The notes: generated by a model not told the origin, from the letters alone. A stretch of 64,000 nucleotides of DNA from Eledone cirrhosa (GCA_964016885.1 OZ024747.1:16740001-16804000), one strand, 5' to 3'; shown: positions 1-15,237, counted from the first letter of the stretch. A program made the numbers and translations.

Positions 1-353
1 AACTAATCAAAACTGGCCTTAAAGAGTTATGTTAAGTTATAATCAGAACAGTGCATTTAATATCCATACTTACCGTAATTTCAACAACATTGTTACCATA
101 AGATCTCGATAATAATTAAAGATTAACAAGGATATAAATAAATAAATGTACACTAAAATCGAGTAAGGGAGAAATGAACGTATTGGAAGAAGTGAGAAAG
201 AGATATGTGCAGTATGATGGATTGGTAAGACAGAATATATTGTAAATGCACCAATTATTGTTTCTATAATAAAGGACCAGCACATTTGCGGATATAAAAT
301 GAAATAAATCAGTATATTAATGCCTACTTGAAGAGCAACTGTAGAAGCTTCAT

Positions 354-394
354 GTACTGATGAATTATTTAGGCTAAATATCGAAATCGTTTAC
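354..394 (+). ncRNA. Candidate minimal hammerhead motif
   Basis: gta-CTGATGA-at-tattta-ggc-taaata-tc-GAAA-tcg-TT-tac. Stems are short. Confidence 0.4.
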
Positions 395-1592
395 CGGATT
401 ATGTCGTATGTCTCCTTAACCATTTGGCCAATGCTGGGTGAAAATTTAAATCTCAAGTGTTGAACAGATATTCATGCTATCTCCTTTAAATGCTAAATAT
501 AAGGAACAGCAAATAGTAAGAATATGACTCTTTCAGTAGTACCTTTTGTGTTGTTTGCCTATCTGGTAATTTGGAAATGTAAAAATAGTTAAAGGACAGC
601 ATGGGTAATCAAGAAAATTGTGCCCAGAATTATCAACGTATATTTTGGATGTTTCGATATTTAATTGTTATCCAAGTATACTTGATTGTTAAGAGCAAAC
701 CCTTACATATTTCTAAATAGCTATTGCAATTTTAAAAGCAACCGCTCTAAGCAGCACCAAACGATAGCTTCATTACGCAACAATGTACTGTAAATATAAA
801 GGGACATAATCGCCATTTCTGCTCCAACACTAAGACAGATTATGAAGCGAACTAAATAATATGAAAATTACTTCCATTCACTGCATGACGCTATAGCAAA
901 GATTGGCTTCTACCCAATTTAGACATTTATAAATACTGTCTCTTCTAATGTAGATTCGTGCTCAAGAAAAATCTTCGCACATACAGAATAGTTAGTATAA
1001 ATAGATACGAAATTGCAAGCAAATTATTACACTTACCGAAAATAGATCTAAACGTATTCAGCCAATATTGACATATGATACGCATCCGAAAACTGTGACA
1101 GAATATATCACTTGAAAGGATTTTACGCATCTGCCGTTGAAATACAATACTCACAGAAAATAATTCGCAAACTATCAATAAAACTACCAGTTACATCTCT
1201 GTTTAATAATGTCTGTCCACAAGTAAAACTTTAATTTGTTTTTACTTATATTTCTTAATACGGACGATATTTACTTGACGTGTATTTGGACAGGCGGGTT
1301 GTTATTTGATATATGTGAAATAGCTAGCTAAATATATGCACAGTGCAAACATTGAACGTATACATCAATTAAAATACAACGATGCAAGATAATCTAGACT
1401 GGAATAGTAATCACGGGTAATATACATATATATCTAAACAAGAGTATGTATATATGCTTCGTTTTAAGATAAGGTATAATCATATATATATACGTGTGAT
1501 TGAATATTCAAAGATGCACATAAACGCACACATACATTACACACACTAAAGCATATACACACATTCAGACACACGCATACTCATACACGCAC

Positions 1593-1623
<31 letters not shown>

Positions 1624-1637
1624 AATACATACACACT

Positions 1638-1670
<33 letters not shown>

Positions 1671-1672
<2 letters not shown>

Positions 1673-1885
1673 CGAAGGGAATGTGGTAAGGAACCAGGTG
1701 GACCATAACGCACCAAAGTACTCAATACTTGAGGTAGTAGAGTGGGTAATAGGAACCAGTAAGACCCCGACAGCTGAGCTCAAGCCGTTTCGACGGCTAA
1801 TTCATAAAGCTCAAGCCGTTTCGACGGCTAATTCAGAATTAGCCGTCGAAACGGCTTGAGCTCAGCTGTCGGGGTCCTACTCGTT

Positions 1886-1889
<4 letters not shown>
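1671..1889. mobile_element. Hairpin element family A
   Basis: ~75-bp tail plus inverted arms around ~1834, with an internal ~30-bp duplication; (TA)n flanks. Further fragment at 1950-2008. Confidence 0.8.
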
Positions 1890-1938
<49 letters not shown>

Positions 1939-2066
1939 TTTCGCATATGATAAGAGTCAGGATCCCGGCGGCTGAGCTCCAGCCGTTTCGACAGCTAGAT
2001 CCGAACGCTCTTATGTATATCAAGTTGACCAACCAGACTGTATATATATAGGTGTGTGTGTGTTTG

Positions 2067-2107
<41 letters not shown>

Positions 2108-3220
2108 TGTGTTATGTTTGTAACTACAGTTACAGGTGGCTCAACATTCAACGCTTTCAATGATGTTACTTGGTCCGTCTCGTGGGTTGTATTCCAGAGT
2201 TAAGGCGGCTGTAGTGTACACAGTTTATATAGAAGATCTAGAATCAAAGTCAGTTTTGCAGCATATGTAGAAACATTAATGCCATATTACAATTGTTTTG
2301 ATATCAAAACAAAGTGATGGAGCCCAACACTTCTTCGACATCTCGTCAGATATGCGTTTTATGTGTGTCTTTGCATATAGCCTGTAACACGTATATTAAT
2401 TCTACCTACTCTATATATATTTTATATAGTGAAGGATGAGTGGGTAGAGAAATGGATTCGCAAACGTCAGCTTGTGAGCTTGATGTCTGGTCCGGCCTAT
2501 GTATTATGGTCTTGAGCAAGGCACTTTATTTCATGTTGCTTCTTCTTTCTGGATTTGCAACCTGTAGAGAGTATTAACAATTGGAAATACCTTAAATCAT
2601 GACTTGTTTCAATGTATAGATTTGATAATCTAAATCCTAATGCCATAAAGGACATTGATTTACAATTATTGGCAGATATTAAACATGAAATATGTATATA
2701 TATGAAGAACCCCTATAGTCTTGAAAATTAGCATTTTGAGAAATAAATGTACATTTACACTATTATGTGATCTAATGAATATGATAATGGTATACCCTTC
2801 GAATCGCAAACGTTCATCTTATTGAAGGTAGTGTACAATATACTATGTGCAGTATGGTTACAATCTGACAAGATAAATCACATGGGATCGAACAATAGCA
2901 ACATGTACATAACAACCTCTTTAATTAGAGTAACATAACTTATTTCAACTTAAAGTAAAAATGTACATGTTATACAACATATACATAACCAAAATACTTG
3001 TGGATTTCAATTCTCAAAAAGTAAACAAATACACATTAACCAAAAAGAATAAAGCAAAATTCTCCTAGGGTATACAGTTATTCTCTTGATACATAAATAC
3101 TTCAACATAATGCAAGGTTTCTTGTTCTAAATGCTAGCAATGACCAAAAACAGTAATATATATAAAACAAAGTTATCATAAATGAAAATAAAAATGATTG
3201 CATTGAATCCAACATATATA

Positions 3221-3397
3221 ATTGATTCTACTTTTGGCACAAAGCCAACAATTATTCCAGTACATTACTGGTACTTTATTTTATCGACCCCGTAAGGATG
3301 AAAGGCAAACTTAACCTCGGCGGGATTTGAACTCAGAATGGCAAAGGCCGCAACTCTATGAGTCAAAGCATGGCGTCCGACCCTCTACCGATACTGA
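3221..3397 (-). mobile_element. Same SINE
   Basis: Reverse-complement homology. Confidence 0.82.
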
Positions 3398-4664
3398 TAA
3401 TGCAGAATAGAAATAAAAATTGCAAATACTAATACGTTTCCTACATTGACAATTGTCCTCGTATACATAACACCTGCATCTCTATTAAAACACAAGATGA
3501 TGCACTGCGTAATATAGTCCTTCATCTACGTAAAATACAGAATAATCAGGAATAAGAATGTTTTTACCTTCATTCTGCTCAAAGCAATGTAATCTGCTGT
3601 TAAAGAATAGCATCAACAAAATCAAGGCAGTGCTCTAGAGAATATTAACATTTTTAATGGAACAATAAGCTCTATTCTAATAGCTTTAATGTCTGAAAAC
3701 AGGCTTTGTTACAACTTTGAGATTTTGCAAAATTTAGTCAATTAAATAATTACTATCAATTGTTTTAAACAGAATACATTTCATGCTGATAATGGAGAGT
3801 GCCTACAAGTAATACGTTAATATAAAAAAACGGCTATATCTGCATGAGTATAACAATAGAAATGTTAGAAGGAAATAACTCGCTGTATTTATCTTTCTTT
3901 AAAATTGTTTTTAAATATTTTGTAATAAAGCTCATATTAGAGGATTTCTCATGATAACCTGTAACAACATTTTCTGGATTCTTACCAGAGATTTCTCTCT
4001 GTTATGATTGGGTAGGCTTACTGATTTCCAAAATGGAATCGTTTTTACCAATCACATACATTTTATTACAATACAACTAATTGAAACACATTTTAAAGAT
4101 TACTTTTATACCTATTTATGAGAATAACCGAAGTATGCCATTAGTTGCATTATATAAGCTTTGATTTTAAAGGTTCAAACTACTCCTATATATATATTTG
4201 AAATTAGAGATGCCAGTAGTGGGTTACGCTTTGGTGCTATATTATTTGACATAACAGTGCTTTTCTTTGAAACACTAACGCCAAAACTACCAGTAGTTTG
4301 CCCCATCATCCGTACTTAAATGAGGATCTAGTATATTTTTGCAACAGTAATAAAATGTTTATGATATTAAACGCTATTAGTACAATAAAAATGCTTATTT
4401 AACAATAAAAGCTAAAAGTAAAGGCTTTGATCAGAGAATGTTTGCTTTAACAGTTTATGCGCAATGCTTTGTTGATTAAGCACAGAGAAATTGCAAAGGA
4501 GAGGTTTATGGCGTCAAGGTAAGTGATTTCATATAACATTCTTGTTTCCTTCATTTACTGAGAGGTGTACTTGTATTTCCTGTGTCTTAGCTGACAAAAT
4601 GTTTCTTGAAAGCTTTAAGACAGACCCCTACTAAGAATTACTAGAAATCCGGCTCTCCAATTAT

Positions 4665-4795
4665 AATAATTGTTTCTACTTTTGGCAGAAGGCCAGCAAT
4701 ATACCAGTACATTACTGGTACTTTATTCTATCGGTCTCGTAAGGATGAAAGGCAAACTTAACCTCGGCGGGATTTGAACTCAGAATGGCAAGGGC
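4665..4795 (-). mobile_element. Same SINE, 5'-truncated
   Basis: Reverse-complement homology. Confidence 0.82.
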
Positions 4796-5009
4796 TCGCC
4801 AAATATAATAATATCAGTTTGAACGTTAGTATTGCGTTCCACTTCTTCAAAAACCACTAAGTACGTTTTCATGAAAGGTCTATTGATTAATGTGAGGTAG
4901 AGACATATTGGGTGCCTGTCATGCTTAATGAAAGTGAGATGACAAGTAAAGCCGGATACATGTATGCTTTCAAGTAAGCCAAAAATATAACATTCTATCG
5001 TTTAAATGT

Positions 5010-6178
5010 ATATATATTTCTATTTATTGCCACGAGGGCGCAAAAGAAGGGCACAAATACAAGGGCAGAATTTACACAAAAAGGCGAGTAAAGAAAACAA
5101 ATAAATATAAAATTAACAGTAAAGTCGTCAATAGGAAGGAGGCGTTTTGGGGGGTCGCACACACCCCTAATAAAGTGTGCAACGCTTCTCCTCAGGAGCA
5201 CAGAGAGAGGGTGCTCCCTCGTTCCTTCATCTATTCGATCTACAGGCTGATGTAGAGAGAAGGCCCATTCACACGGGCCATTCTCGCCACTTTCACCCAC
5301 CTTTCATAAAAACGACTGGGGTAGAGCACCTCTCTCTCCATCCTGATCTTTCTTCCGAAATGATATCGGGAGAAACGGATCAATTGTTGGCCAGAGAGAA
5401 AGGTGCCTGACCTCAGTCCTCTCAGACGCGTCCACCATACAACCTCTTTCACCAGGGCTATTACGCACAGAAACACCGCCTCACCTTCATTTTTGAAGTG
5501 GGGAGGCGGCTTAATCGTTACAATGGCTTCGGTGGTCAACCGGATCTGTCCCACCCGTGGCAGCAGTCGTTCGACATAGACCCACAGATCGGCAATGCCC
5601 GAGCAGTGCACCAATGCGTGCGCAACGGTTTCTTCGACGCACACGCATCTGGGACAGATATTTTTGGCGGGGTCCCTACCCGGGCGCCCATGTCTGTAGA
5701 GCTTTTCTCGAACGGGTAGAGCCACTCGGTAGCACTGCCAGGCGAGGAACTTCTGGAAGTTGTCCAGAGGTCCCGGACTGAATGTCCTACCGAACAGGCT
5801 GGCCAGTTCGTCTTCCTCCATGTCTAGCGATTTTCCGAGGGCGTCGTCGCATCTGCTGCGTACCAGCCCTCTATAGAATGTCGAGGTGGAGTCTCCACTG
5901 ATAACCGGGTCCGCGTGCCAGAGGGCCGTGAACACCTGGGCACACACAGTGTGCCAGGCGCCCAGTTCTCTCGGTCTTTGATTGACCCAGGATTGCAGCT
6001 CGGTGAGTGAGACGAGTCTGGGAAAAGTTCGTCTCACAAACGGGGCCCACACCGGTTGACCGGTGAGGAATACGTGGAGGTGACGTAGCCTTAATGCGTG
6101 TTTACGCATCATTAGCCACGGCACCCCCAGCCCTCCTTTCCAAGGGTGTTGACAGCAGATGGAAAAGCAGTGCATCAA
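5010..6178 (-). mobile_element. 3' fragment of a Tx1/L1-clade LINE (ORF2 C-terminus, zf-RVT) plus 3' UTR
   Basis: ORF 5240-6178: KGGLGVP, CPRC..EETVAHALVHC, CVIALVKEVVWWTR. GC-rich island, AATAAA on minus near 5023. Confidence 0.85.
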
Positions 6179-7930
6179 ATATTTAGATTAGATTTTGTTT
6201 TAATGGCATGTAATATATTAGTAGAATTAATAGAGTTATCTGTATATCAAAATAGCTTCATAATTAATAGTTTAAAAGTGAAAAGGTAAACCTAATTCCA
6301 TGTTTAGAAAGGTCTAAATTCGAATGGAATGACATGTAAAGTTCTACATGTAAAACCCAATTTGATTCATAAGCATAATGAGGTATGCTAGAGGAAACTG
6401 GGTGGTATATTTGAAATTAGTACTTCAAATAAGCCTACAAATAGAAATATGTCCCAACATATTACAATATTTATTTATATATGTTTTATTAATATTATTC
6501 AACCACGTGCGTTTCGATAGAATATGATTCATGGTAGATTCAGATATTATATCCAACCAGTCACAAAGACATATAAAAATACCTCAATGCTATGTTAATT
6601 GCACGCTCATCTAACAGTCCGTGGAGCAGGGCACGTTTGCAACCACATTTAGCATTATTAAATGCGAAACATATTTAAAAATTAATTTTGTAATTGAAAC
6701 TGGATATAAACTATTGGTTTCCTGTACGTTGCCGCAAACATTCTTTTAGAAAGAAATGTTATCCAGTAAAGTTACTTTTGACTGTATTTTATGAATATAT
6801 CTGGTGATTTTTTGCAACTCTTTATTTTCAGAATACAATGAAATTAGCATATAATTACGAATTTGATGAATTAAGTATGGGAAATGCGTTGAGCGCTATT
6901 CAATGTATTTTACACCGTTCCAACAATTATATAGCTTAAATCCATATGTAGAAATCAATAAGAAAGATTTGAAGGGCAACGATTTGGAAACAGCGGAAAC
7001 GTAAAGTACAATGTTAACTCTAAGCCACTTATCCTGACTTCAAATCGATTTGGTAGAGAAGTTTACATTTCATAATTTACTGCTATCCTGATCATTGATG
7101 AGGCATAATGCATTCCAGTTTTGTATATGGGCTACCATATATAGCAATACTTAATATTCATTTTATGTTATAATATTTTAATTACTAATTACCTTAAACG
7201 TATTGAAAGTATCCATTTCCATAATAGTCTAATTGTTCGTTCTGTGAATGTTTAATCATTATTGTAGAAGCTTTCGTATCATGTGTTATATCTGTAAATA
7301 ATTTAATCAAAAGCAGTTTATCGAGTAATTACTATATTTTGGTAATTACTATTGCCATTGTAATTATGTGTCCAAATATGTACTAACGCTCGTAAGGTAT
7401 AAACCTATTATTTGAAATTGTCATTTTGAATATGTCTACAAATTAATAAAAATAATTCCATTGTTCTTGTTGGTTTTGTCATGAATCTATATTGTTGTAA
7501 ACACTGATTATAAGGTGTACTTTGAAATACGCTCTCCGTAACAATGTTACTAATATATGATTAAATGTTATATCTAACTATAAGAAAATTGCATATACAG
7601 GCATGGGTGTATTGTTATGAAGTTAGTTTCTAAATAAGGTTGATCTCGTTCCAGGCCTACTGTGCGGTAGCTTTTGCAAGTGTCTTCTACAATATACATA
7701 TACATACATAGTGAGAGAGAGAGAGAGAGAGAGAGGTGGGAGTAAAGAGAGAGAGACAGAGATTTTAACTCTGCATCTCATCCTTCGGATACTCCTATGA
7801 TTAGTGGTCTCCCCGGTCTCAGTAACACTATTATCTCCCTCCCTCTATTTTCCCTATCCGTCTCTCTATATATATATGTGTATGTGTGTGTGTGCGTGTA
7901 TATATATGTGTGTATATATATGTGTGTATA

Positions 7931-7961
<31 letters not shown>

Positions 7962-7970
7962 GTATATATA

Positions 7971-9102
7971 AAACTAAACTCAGCAATACTAAATAAGTAC
8001 ATCCCTAATGACTCAGCGCACCAGCATAGCAACATACAACGCACTAACACGCAACTACAACCCCACCAAACTATCCAGGATTCTACTGCAAAACATAAAA
8101 ATAATTGTAACTGCACCAAACCAGGTACGTGCCCACTGAATAACCAGTGCCTAGCACGCAATATTGTCTACCGATGTACAATAAATTCCGGAACCAACAA
8201 ATGGTATTACGTCGGATGTACCGCAACTTCTTTCAAAGCTCGCCTATACCAACATCGATCTTCGATCAGGCACGAGAAAATGCGCTCCGTAACAACCCTC
8301 GCCGATAAAGCCTGGCAGCTCCGGAGGAACAATCAAGCATTCTCCCTTGATTGGCAAATTATTGCATGCTGCGCCTGCATATAAGCAAAATCATCGTATC
8401 TGCAAGTTATGCAATTTGGAGATATACTGCATTTTAACGTCGGTAAACAAACTTTTGAACAGCAAAATTGAACGTTCTCTATACTGTAACCATCGTTTGA
8501 AAACGACTTTTTCTTTTTTTAAATGCATATAATGTTACCTTTTTACACCACCGTTTGCAAATTTCTGTTTTATATGTTTATACACAAGATATGGCTTTCT
8601 ATAATAATAGTACTAAACACTGTTTTCTGGACCCCTTTAGAAATAATCTGCTACTATAATAGCCCCAATAACTTGTCTGTAACTCTGTACCACTTTGACC
8701 CCTTTAACTAAATTTTGTCCGAACAACACCACTAGAAGAATTTACTTCCCCCGCCAACCCTAACACGCCTCATTAACTAACTGCTGCCAAAACATTCTCT
8801 CCTTACAATCTCTACTAGTCTGACAGTCTTAAATCCTAGGACTCCCTCCACCTTACTCACTTCCCTCTTCCCCTTCACTTCCTACCTCCTTCTTTCTCTT
8901 TCATCTAGTGTATAAAATATTTTCATATCATTCCAATACAAAGGTCTGACGACATGGTGTGTGTGCTTACAGTGTACCTTCGGTTTATTATAATATTTTT
9001 ATATTATTCAAATAGCGAGGTATAGGTAACCTATACACTATAGAAACAATTGTTACCTAATAAATTCTTTATACCCGCATTTCCATTTCATAAACTTCTT
9101 CT

Positions 9103-9105
<3 letters not shown>
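7971..9105 (+). mobile_element. 5'-truncated PLE (related family): GIY-YIG pseudogene plus 3' UTR
   Basis: CNCTKPGTCPLNNQCLARNIVYRC..WYYVGCTATSFKARL, then a frameshift near 8365, then CKLCNLEIY..YCNH stop 8532. Clearly homologous to the 47.1-47.5 kb ORF end. Flanked by (TA)n. Confidence 0.9.
8942..9058 (+). ncRNA. Type I hammerhead motif, long stem II
   Basis: aggt-CTGACGA-(90 nt, atggtgtgt/atacactat)-GAAA-caattg-TT-acct, followed by AATAAA. Confidence 0.75.
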
Positions 9106-9164
<59 letters not shown>

Positions 9165-9171
9165 ATATATG

Positions 9172-9259
<88 letters not shown>

Positions 9260-10391
9260 TAATGGCAGACGAAACAAGGACAATGGGGAACACACAACAT
9301 ATCCATTTTGGTCAGCCGACTTGTGGAGGTCACTACGATTTCAATTTTTTAAAGTTCGATCATTCCCTTCGGGTCTCACGGGCTTACAATACGACAAAAT
9401 ACGATAGCATAGGACATAGTCGTCTTTCTGTGAATGTACACAAAATAAAAAGAAAACGTCTACTAAAATCCAGAGGGTTTCTAAGTATAAACAAACAAAA
9501 ATGAAATGAAATACAGTGTACAAAAACAACTAAACCGAAGGGAAATTAAAAAAATTGAGAAACAAATGAATGTGGTACTTAATCCTGAGACGAGAAAGGA
9601 TCATGAGATAAATATCTAGGTCAGCCGAAGAATAAATAGAATAAAGTGCATGTGGTGTTACGTCGAGAAAGAAAAGTGGTGAGGAATAGACAGAAAGAGA
9701 CCGAAATGTACAGGAAGGAAAGAAAGAAGGATAAAATCCTCATCTCTATACGAAAATACAATAATGCGATATTGCAATGAGAGAATTGGATATGCTAATT
9801 AAATATCCCTAGCTATATTATGCAGCTGTCACTTATTAGAATTACTGTGCACAAAACAATACTAGATTCAAATACTGTATGATGTTTTATAGGTCGAAGG
9901 TCAGACCTGAATGGTTTTCATAGAGTTACGCTTGATGGAAAGCAATTTAATTCTTCGAACATATGGTGTATCATTACATTTCCTTTTCTATTATTTCTTT
10001 TGACACATTACTCTGCTATCGCAAGACATTTATTAATCAATCAATGCCCATTATTCATTATCCGATATGTCCATATTGGTAAAATATTCAAATTAAAACA
10101 AAACTTGAAAAGCGATGAAGTGGGTGTTGAAATGACAAAAAATATATCATTACCTATTTCAAAAGACACGCCAAGAATTATTTCTTCTTATTTATTAGAT
10201 ATATGACGTGTATAAGAAGCAGATACATATTACAATATTGGTAAAGATTCGCAGTGCAAATTATTGGAAGAAAAAAATTAACTCGACTACAGCTAAAACT
10301 ACATTGTACTACTTAGAAGATAGTGCTATATATGTCCTTTGAGATTTTGCATAAAATGGTAATATATTACACGAATGTTAATGATAGTAGA

Positions 10392-10431
<40 letters not shown>

Positions 10432-10455
10432 ACTCTTTCTCTCTCTCTCTCTCTG

Positions 10456-10530
<75 letters not shown>

Positions 10531-10551
10531 GCATATATATATATATACTTT

Positions 10552-10643
10552 AAGGCCCAATATTGACCAGAAAATGTTGTCAATATTGGGCCTTGAATTC
10601 TTAGGTAATGCTTTTGTTCTGTGTATGAATATAAAGAAATAAG

Positions 10644-10645
<2 letters not shown>
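10552..10645. repeat. Mini hairpin (16-bp arms) plus ~50-bp tail in (TA)n
   Basis: aaggcccaatattgac / gtcaatattgggcctt. Confidence 0.65.
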
Positions 10646-10678
<33 letters not shown>

Positions 10679-11473
10679 ACCTCTCTTTTTCATATTTTTG
10701 TCAACGTGCCTGAATGAATGGCCAGTTTAAAAGTGCCTCCATTTTTATAGTTTGGCTATGAGTGGACCAGAAAACATTGGTAGTACATACATGTTAACTT
10801 TGTTTACACTCTATATGTTTTTTTGTTTCTATTCAACCGCTACCAGTGCAATTATGTTACATCATCTCCCGTTCATCCTGCTCAAAATTGCCTTCTGATG
10901 TTCCATCGCATCCAGCCTGGCGTCATATTCAATAACATCCGTCATCTTGATGTTTGGTGTAGCAACTGGTCTATACTTATCAGGTTTTCAGAAAATAACT
11001 CTGCCAGCAGGTTCATTGTGATGTTTCACATGTCATGTTAATGTGAGCCTCCTATGCCTTATGATGCCAGAAAGACGAAGATGTAAACCATATAGCGATT
11101 TATTTGATACGACTACTCACAAATATATTTTATGGACCTTTCTCAGCATTCGTGTGAATGTAACATTAATCCTATTTGTATGTCATTTTGTTAGTGTCCA
11201 TGTCTTGGTGGGAGCATTTCCACAAACTCCTTTCAACTGTGATCCAGACGATGTGGAAAAAGGTTTAAGGGCAAAAGGCATTGAAACCAACTTGGAGCCG
11301 ATTGGTAATTCACAGAGACGGCCCATAGGGACTGGGTAACCGGGACGATGCACTGGGGTTATATGGCCTGACCTGCAATAAGAAATATTGAGAACAAAGC
11401 ATTCTATAGTGAAAATTGTCCGGCAACGACGAGATACACTGAGGTGTCGGTAAACAACCAACATATACTCAAA

Positions 11474-11510
<37 letters not shown>

Positions 11511-12996
11511 CGCAAGTGGGGGGGGGGGGGGGGCGTGTATGTGTGTGTTTATGTGTCTATGTATCTATATCACTTGTATTTATTGGATATGCTATTTTGT
11601 TTTTCCAACGAAATCATCCGTTGCAATCCAATATCCGATAGTTAATCAAGTAGAATCTAATACTTAATTTTTTAATGCATTCATCAATATTTTCTACTTT
11701 GGAATTGATGAAGATACGAAGATAAAGAAAAAAAAACGGAATATATTCGAGATATAAAGTCTGAAAACAAAATGAGTTTTAAAACATAATGAATATCATT
11801 AAAAAAATTCGAATTGTTAAGCAACCATAAATATTTCCGAAAGACTTCCTTTGAGTGAAATTGTAAACGTTTTCAAAAACTTCATTGTATTGACAAACGA
11901 GCAAAATGCAATTATCGATATTAGTGGTTTTGAAAATATCATCAGAAGTTTGATTATTATATAGCAACAACACTTGAAAAATTGTTTTGGAGAACATCTG
12001 TTTTCCATTCTGTTTTGACGTAAAATATATACAATATGTATTTTTAAATCGTCATTCCATCTTAATTCGTTGCGAAATTACATATGCTATATTACGGACA
12101 ATAAAATTATTTATTAATTTTCTGGATAAATGATTAATCATTCAACATGTTCAGAAGCATACATAAGCATATACACACCCAGTTCTCTTATTTTTATGAA
12201 TATTACTAAATTATGATTATTATGTTTATCGTGTTTCAATATATCAGATTTGTTTCATGGCACAGCTTACGGTATGAAACATAAGGATACACACATATGC
12301 GCACATAAACACACATATACATAAAAACCATTAGATAGCTACAGACCTCACCACACAAACACACCCTAAATGTATAAACATGTATACATATATACATATA
12401 TAAAATACAATCAAATCATTCTAACACCTTTGTGCAACATCCTATAAAGACATTTCACACTTTGCTAGACAGCTTATACCCTCATCTGGAGAAGCCACGA
12501 CTCTGACGATATGGCAAATCAATCGTTAATCCTTCTGATTAACCGTTTGGAACCAGTTGTTGAAACCTCAAGAGGTCAACCATTGGGCCCCTACAGTTTA
12601 CGTGGGATCACATAATATATAGTAAAATATGAATATTTAAATGTTTAATTCATAATATGTATATATTTTCAAGTATATATATTGCATGTAGATTAATATG
12701 CGGCATGTAAATTGAGTTTGTAGAGTAAACGTTGTACGGGTGTGCTGAGCTACAGCCCCAATAGCCACATGTTTATTTGCACGTCTATATGGTTTTATAT
12801 CATACATATTTTTTTTATACAGAGATACTTGCTCACATGTCTGCTGAAGAATTATATAAACTAACGCTCATTGTTTCTTCGTTTAAACGATGTTTAGTTT
12901 GAATAAGGCAAGATTAGATGTAAAGGAAAGGATTATAATAAGAATATCTAATACATTATATTCTCATATCTCTCTCCCTCTCTCTTTCTATATATA

Positions 12997-13057
<61 letters not shown>

Positions 13058-13257
13058 TAAGTATATATTCTAAGTATATATTTTGGAGGCGCCCGGACGT
13101 GTATAAAAAGTAGAAAAATATGTTGATTTTAAGTATTTTTATATATTCATGTATACAATATGTAGGGAATTATCACTTTCTGCCGGATTATATTTCATAA
13201 AAACGCTACTTTTATACGTGTGGGTTTACATAGATCAAAATTTGTATTTCATTGTGT

Positions 13258-13326
<69 letters not shown>

Positions 13327-13328
<2 letters not shown>

Positions 13329-13770
13329 AAAGTTATATTTAAAATTGTTGGGTTGCAACTAGTAAATATTTATAACTGGTATAAAAGCACTCGACAAATA
13401 TTTGGAGTATATTTACAATATTAAATAAATGGAAAACTATATTTATAAAACCATATTTATTTCATTATATATATTTCGGGGATATCATATTAACAATATG
13501 CTATGCCTTCATCAGACAAAATACAATATAAACAGTTTTATAGACAAATAGGTTCGACATACCGTTATAACATCGACTTCATTTGAAGAGGTTTACTCTG
13601 GCTGCAAATGAAGTCGATGTTATAACGGTATGTCGAACCTATTTGTCTATAAAACTGTTTATATTGTATTTTGTCTGATGAAGGCATAGCATATTGTTAA
13701 TATGATATCCCCGAAATATATATAATGAAATAAATATGGTTTTATAAATATAGTTTTCCATTTATTTAAT

Positions 13771-13776
<6 letters not shown>
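13327..13776. mobile_element. Hairpin element family B (arms 13414-13585 / 13605-13776, tail 13327-13413)
   Basis: 172-bp inverted arms, (TA)n flanks and a hammerhead in each arm. Confidence 0.85.
13668..13731 (+). ncRNA. Type I hammerhead motif (mirror 13459-13522 on minus)
   Basis: attttgt-CTGATGA-aggcatagcatatt..aatatgatatcccc-GAAA-tatata-TA-atgaaat. Confidence 0.78.
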
Positions 13777-13811
<35 letters not shown>

Positions 13812-13867
13812 AATTAAGTTAAAGTGAGTTACAAACGAAACGAAATTTAATTTCGTTTCGTTATTTG

Positions 13868-13927
<60 letters not shown>

Positions 13928-15237
13928 TTGTTTTTGCCATGATTAATATAAAATATGTTAGAACTAGTTTGGTCTTCCGACATTGCGTAGGATTTGTCAT
14001 CTTAATCTGCAGAGTGTTTTTTTTTATGTAATAATAATGTAATATATTATACATTTCGAGATTTGCTATTTCAAATATACTGAAGAATAACAAGATGATA
14101 TTAATGAAAGCAATGTTATTTATTTATAGTTTTTAGGGAGTATATTCCACATTACCAACCAAACAGCGCCTAATGAAAACCCTAATAAATATTGTGGTAG
14201 TTAACAATCAATTAAAATAAACGTTAAATTCATCAAATATTGTAGAAAGTTTCAAATCTTTGCATCGTATTCCTTTTAAAGAATTTTAAAGATATACATT
14301 AGATATCCTCTGCAACGGCTTCCAAAATATTTCTCATCAACGTGTTACTCTAATGAAAATATTAGCAATTCAAGGGAAATAACAATAAGTATATTTTCCA
14401 AGCATTTTCTATTAGTTGTAATACGAAAAATGTCCTGATAAAAGATAATTTGGTACTTGTAATAGTGTTTGGAAATATTTTCATCCGCAAATGTATGAAT
14501 ATATATAACAAAGAGGGTGTGGTAAGATACCAGGTGGATCATAACGTACCAGAGTACTCAATATATATAAATATAATAATAATAATAATAAATAAATAAA
14601 TTATACAATTATCAAAGTTGTGTTCAAATCATTTAATAGCTGACAATCGTTTCTTCCAAGCTCTCGTTTCGAGCCATCGGAGCATTATCAAATGTTTGCA
14701 CATATAATTAACCTCCTATTCAACTGAACAGTAATACAGATACATATAAATTGATGTTGGGAGCAACATTTTAGTATGTGCAGGGTGGAATGGATGTGAC
14801 ATATATTTTACGAGAATTGTACAATAATTGTACACACATTCAAGTTCAAATTCAAATTAAAATCAAATTAAAATCAAAAGCACGGAGTGGAATATATGCA
14901 ACAGATAAAACAAGAGAATAGTCAATCATTAAAGAAGCATTGAGAAAGTAGTTTTGAGAAAGGAAGAGTACATTAACAATGCATATGCAGGCGTGTGGAG
15001 AGTGGAACTGCGTTAGTCATATACATGAGAAGGAGACAATCAAAGCTATTATGCATATATAGATGAATAAATACTGCACTTTAAGCACAATAACTTAATG
15101 TATTAGAATCTATGGTGGATGCTGTATGCTGATAGTGTTCGAATTTGTGTGTATTGATAAACATACAGTTTTTGTAGACTTTTCCATGACATATGTTGAA
15201 TTAAATTTAAGTTAATGTTTATATTGAATGTTTTAAT

